Of a stretch of DNA of 64,000 bases, positions 20,108 to 27,846 are shown in pieces. The notes below the pieces were generated by a model. That model had not been told where the DNA came from, searched no databases, and saw only the letters and a list, made by a program, of their open reading frames with translations. How positions within the stretch are numbered: the stretch's first letter is position 1; every line of letters starts with the position of its first letter. The stretch comes from Candidatus Omnitrophota bacterium (lineage in GTDB: Bacteria; Omnitrophota; Gorgyraeia; Tantalellales; Tantalellaceae), in assembly GCA_028715965.1 (NCBI GenBank), contig JAQUQS010000003.1:14494-78493 (forward strand), read 5' to 3'. A program made the position numbers and the translations under genes.

Positions 20108-21079
20108 TCATTTGCGGATCATTACCGCGGCGGCACCCAGAAGCCCGACGTCCTTTTTGAGCCATGCTTTCACTATAGGGGTTTTGGCGCACAACCTGTT
20201 TATGGTATGGCCGGGTATGGTCTTTTTTATTCCATCAAAAAGCATTTTACCGATATGGGAGACCCCGCCGCCTATCACGATTATCTCGGGATCCAACAGG
20301 CTTATCATACTGCCAAGCCATATGCCGAGAAAACGGGCCTGTTCCTCCACGGCCGCCATGGCGAACTTATCCCCCTTTTTCGCGGCCCTCGCGACGTCTT
20401 TCATCGTAAGTTCCGCGGATCTTTCACCGGTCAGCTTCAATAGCATGGAGGCGTATGTCCCGTTCTTCTTCAGTCTCGACACCAGGCGCCGGACCGTGTT
20501 CGGGCCTGACGCCAGGGCTTCTATGGACCCGGGGACCGACATCCCGTAGGACCCGCCTTTGTACTTGTAGTCTATCACCGCGTGGCCACCCTCGCCGGCG
20601 GTCCCGTTCTTGCCGGTATAGAGTTTGCCATCTATGATTATCGCCGTTCCTATGCCGGTAGACACCGTGACATAGAATATATGCTTGTATCCACGCGCCG
20701 CCCCCCATAGCATTTCCGCCACACCGGCGGCGTTCGCGTCATTTTCCAGAAGAACAGGTTTCCTGAATCTTTTCCGTACCAGCTCGACAAGGGGCACGTT
20801 ATTCCAGCCCTTGAGGTTCGGGGGGTTATATACAATACCTTTTTTCTGGTTGAGTGGGCCTGGAGCGCAGAGACCTATGCCCTTTATGTCTGCCGCCGGG
20901 ACTTCTCCCGACCCCACAAGTTCGTCTATTGAAAGATATACTTGCTCAAGAGAACGCTCTACACCCTTAGAGGCCATGGTCGGCAGTTCTATCTTCTTCC
21001 TGATCTTTCCGGATACATCGACTATACCCGACGCTATCTTAGTACCGCCTATATCGACACCTATAACGTATTTTTTCAT
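20108..21079 (-). CDS. ROK family sugar kinase (glucokinase-like)
   Basis: Carries GVDIGGTKIA and the ROK zinc-binding motif GHAVIDYKYKGGSYGM. The start is at ATG 21077-21079 (MKKYVIGVDIGG). The 41-codon upstream extension in the track lacks an RBS. Confidence 0.8.
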   Translation of the reverse strand: MKKYVIGVDIGGTKIASGIVDVSGKIRKKIELPTMASKGVERSLEQVYLSIDELVGSGEVPAADIKGIGLCAPGPLNQKKGIVYNPPNLKGWNNVPLVELVRKRFRKPVLLENDANAAGVAEMLWGAARGYKHIFYVTVSTGIGTAIIIDGKLYTGKNGTAGEGGHAVIDYKYKGGSYGMSVPGSIEALASGPNTVRRLVSRLKKNGTYASMLLKLTGERSAELTMKDVARAAKKGDKFAMAAVEEQARFLGIWLGSMISLLDPEIIVIGGGVSHIGKMLFDGIKKTIPGHTINRLCAKTPIVKAWLKKDVGLLGAAAVMIRK

Positions 21080-21182
21080 ACTCCCCCATCGATCGTTAAT
21101 AATATCACTGCAGGATATTATCACATAAAATCCATGCCTGGACAAGCACAAGGTTCCATATGCGAAGAGAGGGACCGGGAAC

Positions 21183-22226
21183 TTACCGTTCCCGGTGGTC
21201 ATGTGGCGGATATTTGCCGAGCACGCTTACCGCGTACTCGCAAAAAGAGTCATCCACGATATCCGCGGGATCCGGTCTTTGGGTTATATATCCTCTTTCA
21301 TGATACCAATCTATATCCTCGCCGATACTTGTCTTATCGAGGAACCCATCAGGGTTGACCCCACCGAACTGTATCTTCTGGAACGCCTCGTAGCTACCAA
21401 GGGCCGTGTATTTATCTATGATATCGAATACCCCGTGGTCATCCTTGATCGCTCCATCGAGAAAATCATTGAAGTATCTTACTCCCCTTAGGTATGCCAC
21501 CATGAAGCGGCTGGCCACATCCGGACGTTCTTCCATCAGGTCCCTTGAGTACAAAAGCACCCCACCCTGGAAATTCGGGCGGAGTTCCGCGGCACGGATG
21601 ACCTCGACCGCGTACCCTTCTTCCACGGCCTTCGAGGCATAGGGCTCAAGCTGCATCGCGCCAAAAATGCTGCCGCCCGCGAGCGCCGCGTTCATATTGG
21701 GATAGGACAGGTTCACAAGCTCAACATCCTCAAGCCCCAACCCGTACTGCTGGAGGAACCTCTCGGTTATTATTTCCTGTATCACGCCTCTTGTGGGAAG
21801 AGCGAACACTTTCCCCTCAAGGACATCCCGGTCCATCTTGTCCGGATACAACTGTTTGCTGATAAGCATCGCGAGGTGTGACCTGCCGGGGAAATGCCGT
21901 CCAAGGCACGCTACCATCTTTATCCCTGTATCTTCAGTGAACGCGTTCAAAAGCCCCGAAGAATAGCCGCAGGCCGCCACATCTATCTTGTTGGTAGCCA
22001 GGAGAGGAAGTATCTGGACCGTGGATTGTTTGAATATCTCGATAGTGACATCCAGGCCCTCTTCCTCGAAAAAACCCTTTTCTTTGGCCAGGAAAAGACC
22101 GGCTGCCGCCAGCGAAGGTGACGACCCTACGACCACTTTATCCGGTCCATCCGCGCTCGCCGATCCGGCGGGCAGTACCAGCGATACGAACACAGTAAGT
22201 ATACACGCTATCATACGCAACAGCAT
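21183..22226 (-). CDS. periplasmic substrate-binding protein, NMT1/THI5-like (SsuA/TauA class)
   Basis: Signal peptide and a type-II periplasmic binding fold resembling NMT1-like proteins. No ABC permease or ATPase gene is adjacent. Confidence 0.6.
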   Translation of the reverse strand: MLLRMIACILTVFVSLVLPAGSASADGPDKVVVGSSPSLAAAGLFLAKEKGFFEEEGLDVTIEIFKQSTVQILPLLATNKIDVAACGYSSGLLNAFTEDTGIKMVACLGRHFPGRSHLAMLISKQLYPDKMDRDVLEGKVFALPTRGVIQEIITERFLQQYGLGLEDVELVNLSYPNMNAALAGGSIFGAMQLEPYASKAVEEGYAVEVIRAAELRPNFQGGVLLYSRDLMEERPDVASRFMVAYLRGVRYFNDFLDGAIKDDHGVFDIIDKYTALGSYEAFQKIQFGGVNPDGFLDKTSIGEDIDWYHERGYITQRPDPADIVDDSFCEYAVSVLGKYPPHDHRER

Positions 22227-22245
22227 TAAGCCCTCCCTTTCCCCG

Positions 22246-23616
22246 TCAGAAACTGTGATCTAAACATATCCTGAAATCCTTCTTTTCCAGGTCTTTCCTG
22301 GTGTCGACGTTCGTGCCTCTGCATCCATATACGAACGTCAGCTTGAGCGCGGTGTTCTTTGTGAGCGGAAGGCATATATCGGTCTCCAGCTGCTGGTCAC
22401 GGGTACCTTTGTCGGTCGCTCCGTTCACCGCGTTCTTCGAGTGCTCTGTGTAATAATACGCCGTTATGACCTTCGCCTTACATACATTGAACCATGTACG
22501 TAATATGAATGTCCTGCTACCCGCGCTCATCTGGCGGGTATAATCGCCGCCCTTCTCGGAATCCGCCGAGAAAAGTGTATCAAACGGATGCAGGATATCG
22601 TTCACCTCTCCAGCCTTATTCGGGCTGATCCATAAAAAACCCGGTTCTATGCTGAACTTACCCTTTTTCAGTTCACCCGTCACCTCGATCGCGTAGGAAG
22701 ACACCTTCCCCAGCCCGTCCTTTTTCATCCTGCCCATATCCCGCTCGGTAAGCACATGTGCCCCGGGAATAAAATGTATATCCTGGTAAAGCGGGACATC
22801 ATATGACGCTCTCACTCCAAGCACGTTCATGAGATCGTACATTATCCAGTCATAAAAAGTGAGCGAAGCGTGTTCGATCCCGGAATACCTGGCGTTCATG
22901 AACGTCGCCCCCGCCGTCTCATACCTGACCCCCATCTGCCTGCCTATATTTATGAATTTCGTAGGATACGGCACGGCATTCAGCGAGGACCAGCTGGAGA
23001 AACCCGTCATATGCCCGACATCTAGAGCGAGCCCGTCAATATACCCCGTAGAAAGAACAACGGCCTCCATGGATTGCTCTTTCTGCCTGAGAGCGAATTT
23101 CTTGAAGAAGTCATAATGCCTTATCTGCCTCCCCACCCTTATGCTGCTCGAGTCGATCCCGACGTTCGAAAGATCATAATCAAGATACAGTTCGTTGATC
23201 ATACGGTATTGACCGTTCTGGGTGAACTCCGGATCCGACTTGGACCCGGGATGTTCCCCATCGTATACCTGCCTTACGTCCACATACTGTAGCTTGCCGT
23301 ACAAACCCGCGTATTCCGGCGTCTTGTAATCCAGAAAAAAACCTATCGTACTCGCGCTTTTCTTCTGCTTTTTGATCGATCCATCGGCATTATACGTATC
23401 CACGTCCTGCCATATCGTGAAGGAACGTACTTTCCCGCTCAACGTGCCCAGTATACCCAGCTCATTGAACGGCCCGGCCACCTCGTCCGACATCCTGTCC
23501 ATATATTCCCCGAACGGGAGCATCACCCCACACGCTTCCGGCCCGGCCGAAGCGGCGTCCGCGAACACGACAAGCGCGAGCGCCAGCGCCAGACCATATA
23601 AACATCTTCTGCCCAT
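22246..23616 (-). CDS. putative outer-membrane beta-barrel (porin-like) protein
   Basis: Signal peptide MGRRCLYGLALALALVVFADAASA. The C-terminus ends in aromatic F (...CLDHSF), with alternating amphipathic beta-strand pattern. GAGGGGGAAA sits before ATG 23614-23616. Confidence 0.5.
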   Translation of the reverse strand: MGRRCLYGLALALALVVFADAASAGPEACGVMLPFGEYMDRMSDEVAGPFNELGILGTLSGKVRSFTIWQDVDTYNADGSIKKQKKSASTIGFFLDYKTPEYAGLYGKLQYVDVRQVYDGEHPGSKSDPEFTQNGQYRMINELYLDYDLSNVGIDSSSIRVGRQIRHYDFFKKFALRQKEQSMEAVVLSTGYIDGLALDVGHMTGFSSWSSLNAVPYPTKFINIGRQMGVRYETAGATFMNARYSGIEHASLTFYDWIMYDLMNVLGVRASYDVPLYQDIHFIPGAHVLTERDMGRMKKDGLGKVSSYAIEVTGELKKGKFSIEPGFLWISPNKAGEVNDILHPFDTLFSADSEKGGDYTRQMSAGSRTFILRTWFNVCKAKVITAYYYTEHSKNAVNGATDKGTRDQQLETDICLPLTKNTALKLTFVYGCRGTNVDTRKDLEKKDFRICLDHSF

Positions 23617-23786
23617 TTTCCCCCTCAACGTCATATTTTATACATAATCAGGTGTGTAGTTACATACACATATATATTAAGATAATACATATTCTCTAGC
23701 TAAAGTCAAGTCTGACAACTTTATTGTAAAGGTGTACCGGTTTATGCTAACATAATGGTAGTTAACTGGCACATAAAAGGATGGTC

Positions 23787-24134
23787 ATGCTGACAAGACA
23801 ACAGATATTACTACCGGACTGGTTAGTGGAACACTATAAAACGGTCGCGGCCAAATATAACATGAGCTTCTCCGAGATGGTACGGCTTGCCATGTGTATG
23901 CACCTCGGCAATATCTTCCCGGAACTCCATCCCGGCTACAACTGCGACATAGACTCTAAAAAACTCGCTTCCGCCTTCAAGGAACTGGCCGCGAGCGAGG
24001 AAGGACGGGAACAATTCGATGCCATGGTATCCCACATATACCTTGAAGCCAAAAAAGCCGTGAACTTCCGTAAAGAAACCTTAAAGACCGGGTCGGGGAA
24101 AAAAGGTCCCGGCTCACGTAAAAAGAAGATCTAG
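23787..24134 (+). CDS. hypothetical small protein, ribbon-helix-helix (CopG/Arc)-like N-terminus
   Basis: N-terminus MLTRQQILLPDWLVEHYKTVAAKYNMSFSEMVRLAM resembles an RHH DNA-binding fold. AAAGGA sits 7 nt before ATG 23787. Confidence 0.4.
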   Translation: MLTRQQILLPDWLVEHYKTVAAKYNMSFSEMVRLAMCMHLGNIFPELHPGYNCDIDSKKLASAFKELAASEEGREQFDAMVSHIYLEAKKAVNFRKETLKTGSGKKGPGSRKKKI

Positions 24135-24499
24135 ACACATCTGGATATAAGTACACCCAGGAAAACAGCGGCTACACCAGCCACGTTGCTCAAGGCGAAA
24201 TTCACGGCAGCGTATCCCATCTGCCCCGACCTGAAAAGATTATATGTCTCCAGGCTGTATGTGGAAAAAGTAGTGAAAGCGCTTATGAACCCCACGAAAA
24301 CAAAAGAACGCGCTTCGGCCGACATATTATATCTCCCGGCCAACGCCCCCAGGAACCCTATAAGGAAACATCCGGTGATATTGACGAAAATAGTTCCCAG
24401 CGGCAATTTATCCCCGATATGATGTATTATGAACCCCGACATGAAATGCCTGGCGATAGCCCCTATGGCCCCTCCAAGCGCTATGTAAATAATGGTCAT
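24131..24499 (-). CDS. crcB: fluoride ion channel CrcB/FluC
   Basis: 122 aa, four TM helices, and CrcB family motifs (GGAIGAIARH, FVNITGCFLIGF). Confidence 0.85.
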   Translation of the reverse strand: MTIIYIALGGAIGAIARHFMSGFIIHHIGDKLPLGTIFVNITGCFLIGFLGALAGRYNMSAEARSFVFVGFISAFTTFSTYSLETYNLFRSGQMGYAAVNFALSNVAGVAAVFLGVLISRCV

Positions 24500-24540
24500 A
24501 CCCTATCCCCTTTTCCACCAGTGCCGCGTTCGTTGAGGTC

Positions 24541-24894
24541 CTAAAGTTTGTCCAGAAGTTCCTTGCATTTCGCTATAGCGTACAGGCAGTTCTGTAAAGC
24601 CATGGCGCAGCCCTGCAGGTCCTCCTGGGTAACATATTCCTCACCCAGGGCCTTGAATACGTTCAGGGCCTCCTCGAACCCTTTCCCTGCCTGTATGTAA
24701 AGGTCCATCGCCGTGGTGATCCTTTCCCTGTTAGGATTGAATGAAAGTATCTTCTGCGCCTGTTCCATAAGCGAAGCGGAAACTTTTATCTTGGAGAAAG
24801 CGTCCGCTTTGGCTTCTTCCGGGGAGTTGTACGCTACGGCGATATTCGAGAACAGGAACATGATAGCGGTAATACAAGCACATATTTTCCTCAT
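24541..24894 (-). CDS. hypothetical secreted helical protein
   Basis: Signal peptide followed by a helical, TPR-like composition. No family recognised. Confidence 0.45.
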   Translation of the reverse strand: MRKICACITAIMFLFSNIAVAYNSPEEAKADAFSKIKVSASLMEQAQKILSFNPNRERITTAMDLYIQAGKGFEEALNVFKALGEEYVTQEDLQGCAMALQNCLYAIAKCKELLDKL

Positions 24895-24903
24895 CGTATC
24901 TCC

Positions 24904-25263
24904 TTATTTTACGTATAACATCATCGCGCCCATAAGTATCATTAAAGCCGCCCATAACCTGAACAGGGCTATGGGTCTCGATCCAAGCCATTTAAAGAAC
25001 ATATCCGACGTCCTTGATGTTACCAGCGCTATGGCTTTTATCATAAGCACAAGGCCGGCCACCATGATCATTTTCGCGTATATCCCGTGGGCCTTGAAAG
25101 CACTGGCGACCATCATCAGTCCGAACGCTATCATGCCCCCCGTGACCGTCCTCCTTATCCCGCGGCTCACCTTGCGTTCAAGCCTGCTCTTCAATGACCG
25201 TGGTTTCAACAGCCATACGCTTCCCGTTATTATCCACAATGATCCCACTATCCTTGCCAGCAT
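24904..25263 (-). CDS. hypothetical membrane protein, tandem DUF2065-like
   Basis: Two repeated halves, each with a hydrophobic helix pair. The W/R-rich pattern resembles YjeT/DUF2065. Confidence 0.4.
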   Translation of the reverse strand: MLARIVGSLWIITGSVWLLKPRSLKSRLERKVSRGIRRTVTGGMIAFGLMMVASAFKAHGIYAKMIMVAGLVLMIKAIALVTSRTSDMFFKWLGSRPIALFRLWAALMILMGAMMLYVK

Positions 25264-25275
25264 ACGTTTTCCTCT

Positions 25276-25989
25276 TCACCTGCTCTTTATGCCGTTTTTC
25301 AGCGAAAAGACTATCGGCACTTCCATCGTCACTTTTTCCAGTTCAAGCTCCGCGGGTACGGGTGGCAAGGGAGAGGCTTTTTTCACTGTGGCGAGGGCTT
25401 CCCCGTCAAGGGTCCTGTACCCTGAAGAGCCGGTGATCCCCGCGTACGTTATCCTTCCGTCGGCAAGCACGGTGAACATCACCCGCACCACCCCTTCCAT
25501 CTTTCTCTTGCGCGCCTTGTCCGGGTATCTGCGGTACTTCTCTATCCTCTGCCGTACACGGTCCTGGTATCTAAGCATCGTGCTATTGTCGTATTCTTCC
25601 TTCTTGAGCTGTTCCGCGCTGTTCTCCTCTTCCTTTTCGGTAGGGGCAACACTCCGTTCCTTTTTGGCTTCTTCCTCGCGAAAAGTGTCTTTTACCACAC
25701 CTACGCTCACGTTTTCAGCGTCATCGCCGGATCTTTCCCCGGGATAGACGGAAGCCGGTTCCGGTCTGCTGATCTTCAAGCTCAGGGACGTGACATCCAC
25801 TTCCGGAAGACGCACCGGTTCTTCCACCAGAAGTTCCAGCAGGACCTCATCATCATATTTGGGCGGTGCGCTGCTGTAGAAAGAAAAGCCCGGCGTCCCT
25901 ATCACGGCGACATGCAGGCACACAGAGACCATCATGAAATACGCGAACTGATTCCTCTCCGGCACCTCACGCGTCATATGGGCCCTCAT
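25276..25989 (-). CDS. tonB: energy transducer TonB (TonB C-terminal domain protein)
   Basis: N-terminal TM anchor, a Pro/Glu-rich linker, and a C-terminal TonB domain (GVVRVMFTVLADGRITYAGITGSSGYRTLDGEALATVKK). 4-nt overlap with exbD. Confidence 0.8.
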   Translation of the reverse strand: MRAHMTREVPERNQFAYFMMVSVCLHVAVIGTPGFSFYSSAPPKYDDEVLLELLVEEPVRLPEVDVTSLSLKISRPEPASVYPGERSGDDAENVSVGVVKDTFREEEAKKERSVAPTEKEEENSAEQLKKEEYDNSTMLRYQDRVRQRIEKYRRYPDKARKRKMEGVVRVMFTVLADGRITYAGITGSSGYRTLDGEALATVKKASPLPPVPAELELEKVTMEVPIVFSLKNGIKSR

Positions 25990-26396
25990 TTGCCCTTCTT
26001 TCCCGGATCGGTAGATATAACAAGCGCGCCGGCGCCGGCTTTCCTGGCTATGTCCATCACGCGTACGGCCAGACCAAGGTCGACCTTCTCGTCGGCCTTG
26101 AGGGCAACGTTCAGCCCGGGTTCATTGGCAAGCTTGAGAGACAACTCCTCGGCGAGTCCGGCCATTTCTACTTCTGTCCCGTTGAGGTATATCACGCTAT
26201 CGGAGGATATGTATATGGTCATACTATCCTGTTTTTCCGGCCTGGCGCTTTCCGCGGCCGGCAGTTTCACCTTGATCCCGGGCTGCATTATGAAGTTTGC
26301 CGTGAGCATGAAGAATATTATGAGAAGGAACACAATATCAATGAGCGGAGCTATATCCAGGTGTGTCGATATTTTTTTCCTTTCCTCGAATTCCAT
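25986..26396 (-). CDS. exbD: biopolymer transport protein ExbD/TolR
   Basis: 136 aa with a single TM helix and the ExbD family N-terminus (APLIDIVFLLIIFFM). Confidence 0.85.
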   Translation of the reverse strand: MEFEERKKISTHLDIAPLIDIVFLLIIFFMLTANFIMQPGIKVKLPAAESARPEKQDSMTIYISSDSVIYLNGTEVEMAGLAEELSLKLANEPGLNVALKADEKVDLGLAVRVMDIARKAGAGALVISTDPGKKGK

Positions 26397-26417
26397 ATTA
26401 CCGGCTTCGCCTCCCGC

Positions 26418-27035
26418 CTACTTACCCGCCTCATCGGCGTCGGTCCATTCAAAGACCTGTTGTATGGCTTCTTTCATCTCGGACGTGAATCTTTCTATCT
26501 CGCCCTCGAAATAATGATACGCCAGCATGGCCGGAATGGCTATGGCCAGACCTGTCGCGGTAGTTATAAGGGCTTCCCATATACCGCCGGCCAGCACGGA
26601 AGCGTCCACCTGCCCCCCGAGACCCTGTATCTCCCTGAACGCGCGTATCATGCCGGTGACCGTTCCCAGCAGGCCAAGAAGCGGGGAAACATGCGCTATG
26701 ATGCCCAGGAGCCGCACTCGTCTTCCTATCCCGCGTATCTCCCTGGAACCGGCCAGCGACACTATTTTTTCCTTTTCGGCGACCTGCCTGCCCCGCACAT
26801 GCAAAGTTACCGCTATTACGTTAGCCACCGGACCGCGCGTCTTTCTGCACATTCTTTCCGCTTTTTCGAAACTTTCCTCCGCGATCATCTTCTTTACACG
26901 CGTCAGCAGGTTACTCGTATTGACCTTAGCTCCCTGGAAAACAAAGAACCTTTCCATCGCTATCGCGACGGTCACAAGAGAACAAAAAAGAAGTGGCCAC
27001 ATCAAAGGGCCGCCTTTTAAAAAGAATTCAAGCAT
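26418..27035 (-). CDS. exbB: MotA/TolQ/ExbB proton-channel protein
   Basis: 205 aa with 3 TM helices and the conserved C-terminal channel region (GLLGTVTGMIRAF). Confidence 0.85.
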   Translation of the reverse strand: MLEFFLKGGPLMWPLLFCSLVTVAIAMERFFVFQGAKVNTSNLLTRVKKMIAEESFEKAERMCRKTRGPVANVIAVTLHVRGRQVAEKEKIVSLAGSREIRGIGRRVRLLGIIAHVSPLLGLLGTVTGMIRAFREIQGLGGQVDASVLAGGIWEALITTATGLAIAIPAMLAYHYFEGEIERFTSEMKEAIQQVFEWTDADEAGK

Positions 27036-27053
27036 ATGTGCTTACCCCCCGGA

Positions 27054-27818
27054 TCACGCTTCTATCCCCAGATACCTGTTAACGTTCGAACTAAACTCCT
27101 TAAGAGCGAATTTCCCGCCCATCACCTCACACTGCCCCAGCATCATACACCTATCCGTAAGTGATTGCAGTTTGCGCCGGCCTTCCGGCCCCTTTCCCGA
27201 AAGCTTCCCGGACGCGTAAACTATTATGGGGGCTTCCCGGTTCTTGAAGCTGCGCCTGATCACCGTGAGCATCCTATCGGTCATGTTCGGTCTCGTATCG
27301 TATTCAACGATCACGATCTTATACCTGTAAGTTATGACATTGTAGTAAAATCCGCTTACCCGCGTCACTATATCCGTCTTGACGTCCAGACGTGCCAGGT
27401 CCTTCTCGATAGCGCTGCGGACCCTGCTCTTCTCTCCCAGGATCAACACCTTATCCGTAAGGATATCCTTTATCTCGTCCAGCATCACGTCTACGGCATA
27501 AGGCTTCATGAAAAATGACGTTACGCCCATAAGCTCGAAAGTCTTCCTGAAATGCACCTTGTCCGACTGAGCTATTATCGGCACATTCGCCAAGGCCTTC
27601 TTGCGCCTTATCTCCCTTAACAGGGATATCCCATTATCCCTGCCCTTGAGCTTACTGTCCAGAATTATCAGATCGAACCATTTTATCCTGAGAAGGTAAA
27701 GCGCGTCCTCGGCCGTACGGGCCTCCTCGGCAAGACACCCCATGGCCTCGATCCTTGTCTTGAGCAGCGTTGAGGCCCTCAAGTCGTTATCTATTATAAG
27801 TACCCGTTCATTTGTCAT
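27054..27818 (-). CDS. response regulator with N-terminal receiver and degenerate second (pseudo-receiver) domain, no output domain
   Basis: First domain has the acidic pocket IIDND, the phospho-acceptor in DLIILDS, and the conserved K in FFMKPY. The second domain lacks the acidic pocket. Confidence 0.7.
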   Translation of the reverse strand: MTNERVLIIDNDLRASTLLKTRIEAMGCLAEEARTAEDALYLLRIKWFDLIILDSKLKGRDNGISLLREIRRKKALANVPIIAQSDKVHFRKTFELMGVTSFFMKPYAVDVMLDEIKDILTDKVLILGEKSRVRSAIEKDLARLDVKTDIVTRVSGFYYNVITYRYKIVIVEYDTRPNMTDRMLTVIRRSFKNREAPIIVYASGKLSGKGPEGRRKLQSLTDRCMMLGQCEVMGGKFALKEFSSNVNRYLGIEA

Positions 27819-27846
27819 GTTATCCCTCCGGCGCCATGCACACGTC

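Noticed and set aside
20108-21202. Longer forms of several track ORFs (ROK kinase to 21202, purC to 1928, membrane protein to 15908, GGDEF from 32047, recR to 16604)
   Set aside because: In each case an internal start codon has a proper Shine-Dalgarno and aligns with the family N-terminus. The upstream extensions lack RBSs or overlap promoter elements.
24500-24540. Fluoride riboswitch upstream of crcB
   Set aside because: Only 41 nt separate crcB from the upstream gene's stop, and this contains just an RBS. No GGnGAUGG...CUAAUGAUGCC-type cores are present. crcB is an internal operon member. I also checked the operon's far-upstream leader (31895-32046) and found no crcB-motif cores.
24713-25747. 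344-aa plus-strand ORF spanning three minus-strand genes (secreted protein, DUF2065-like, tonB)
   Set aside because: Ser/Leu-rich low-complexity translation that crosses intergenic gaps of real co-directional genes. Mirror-frame artefact.
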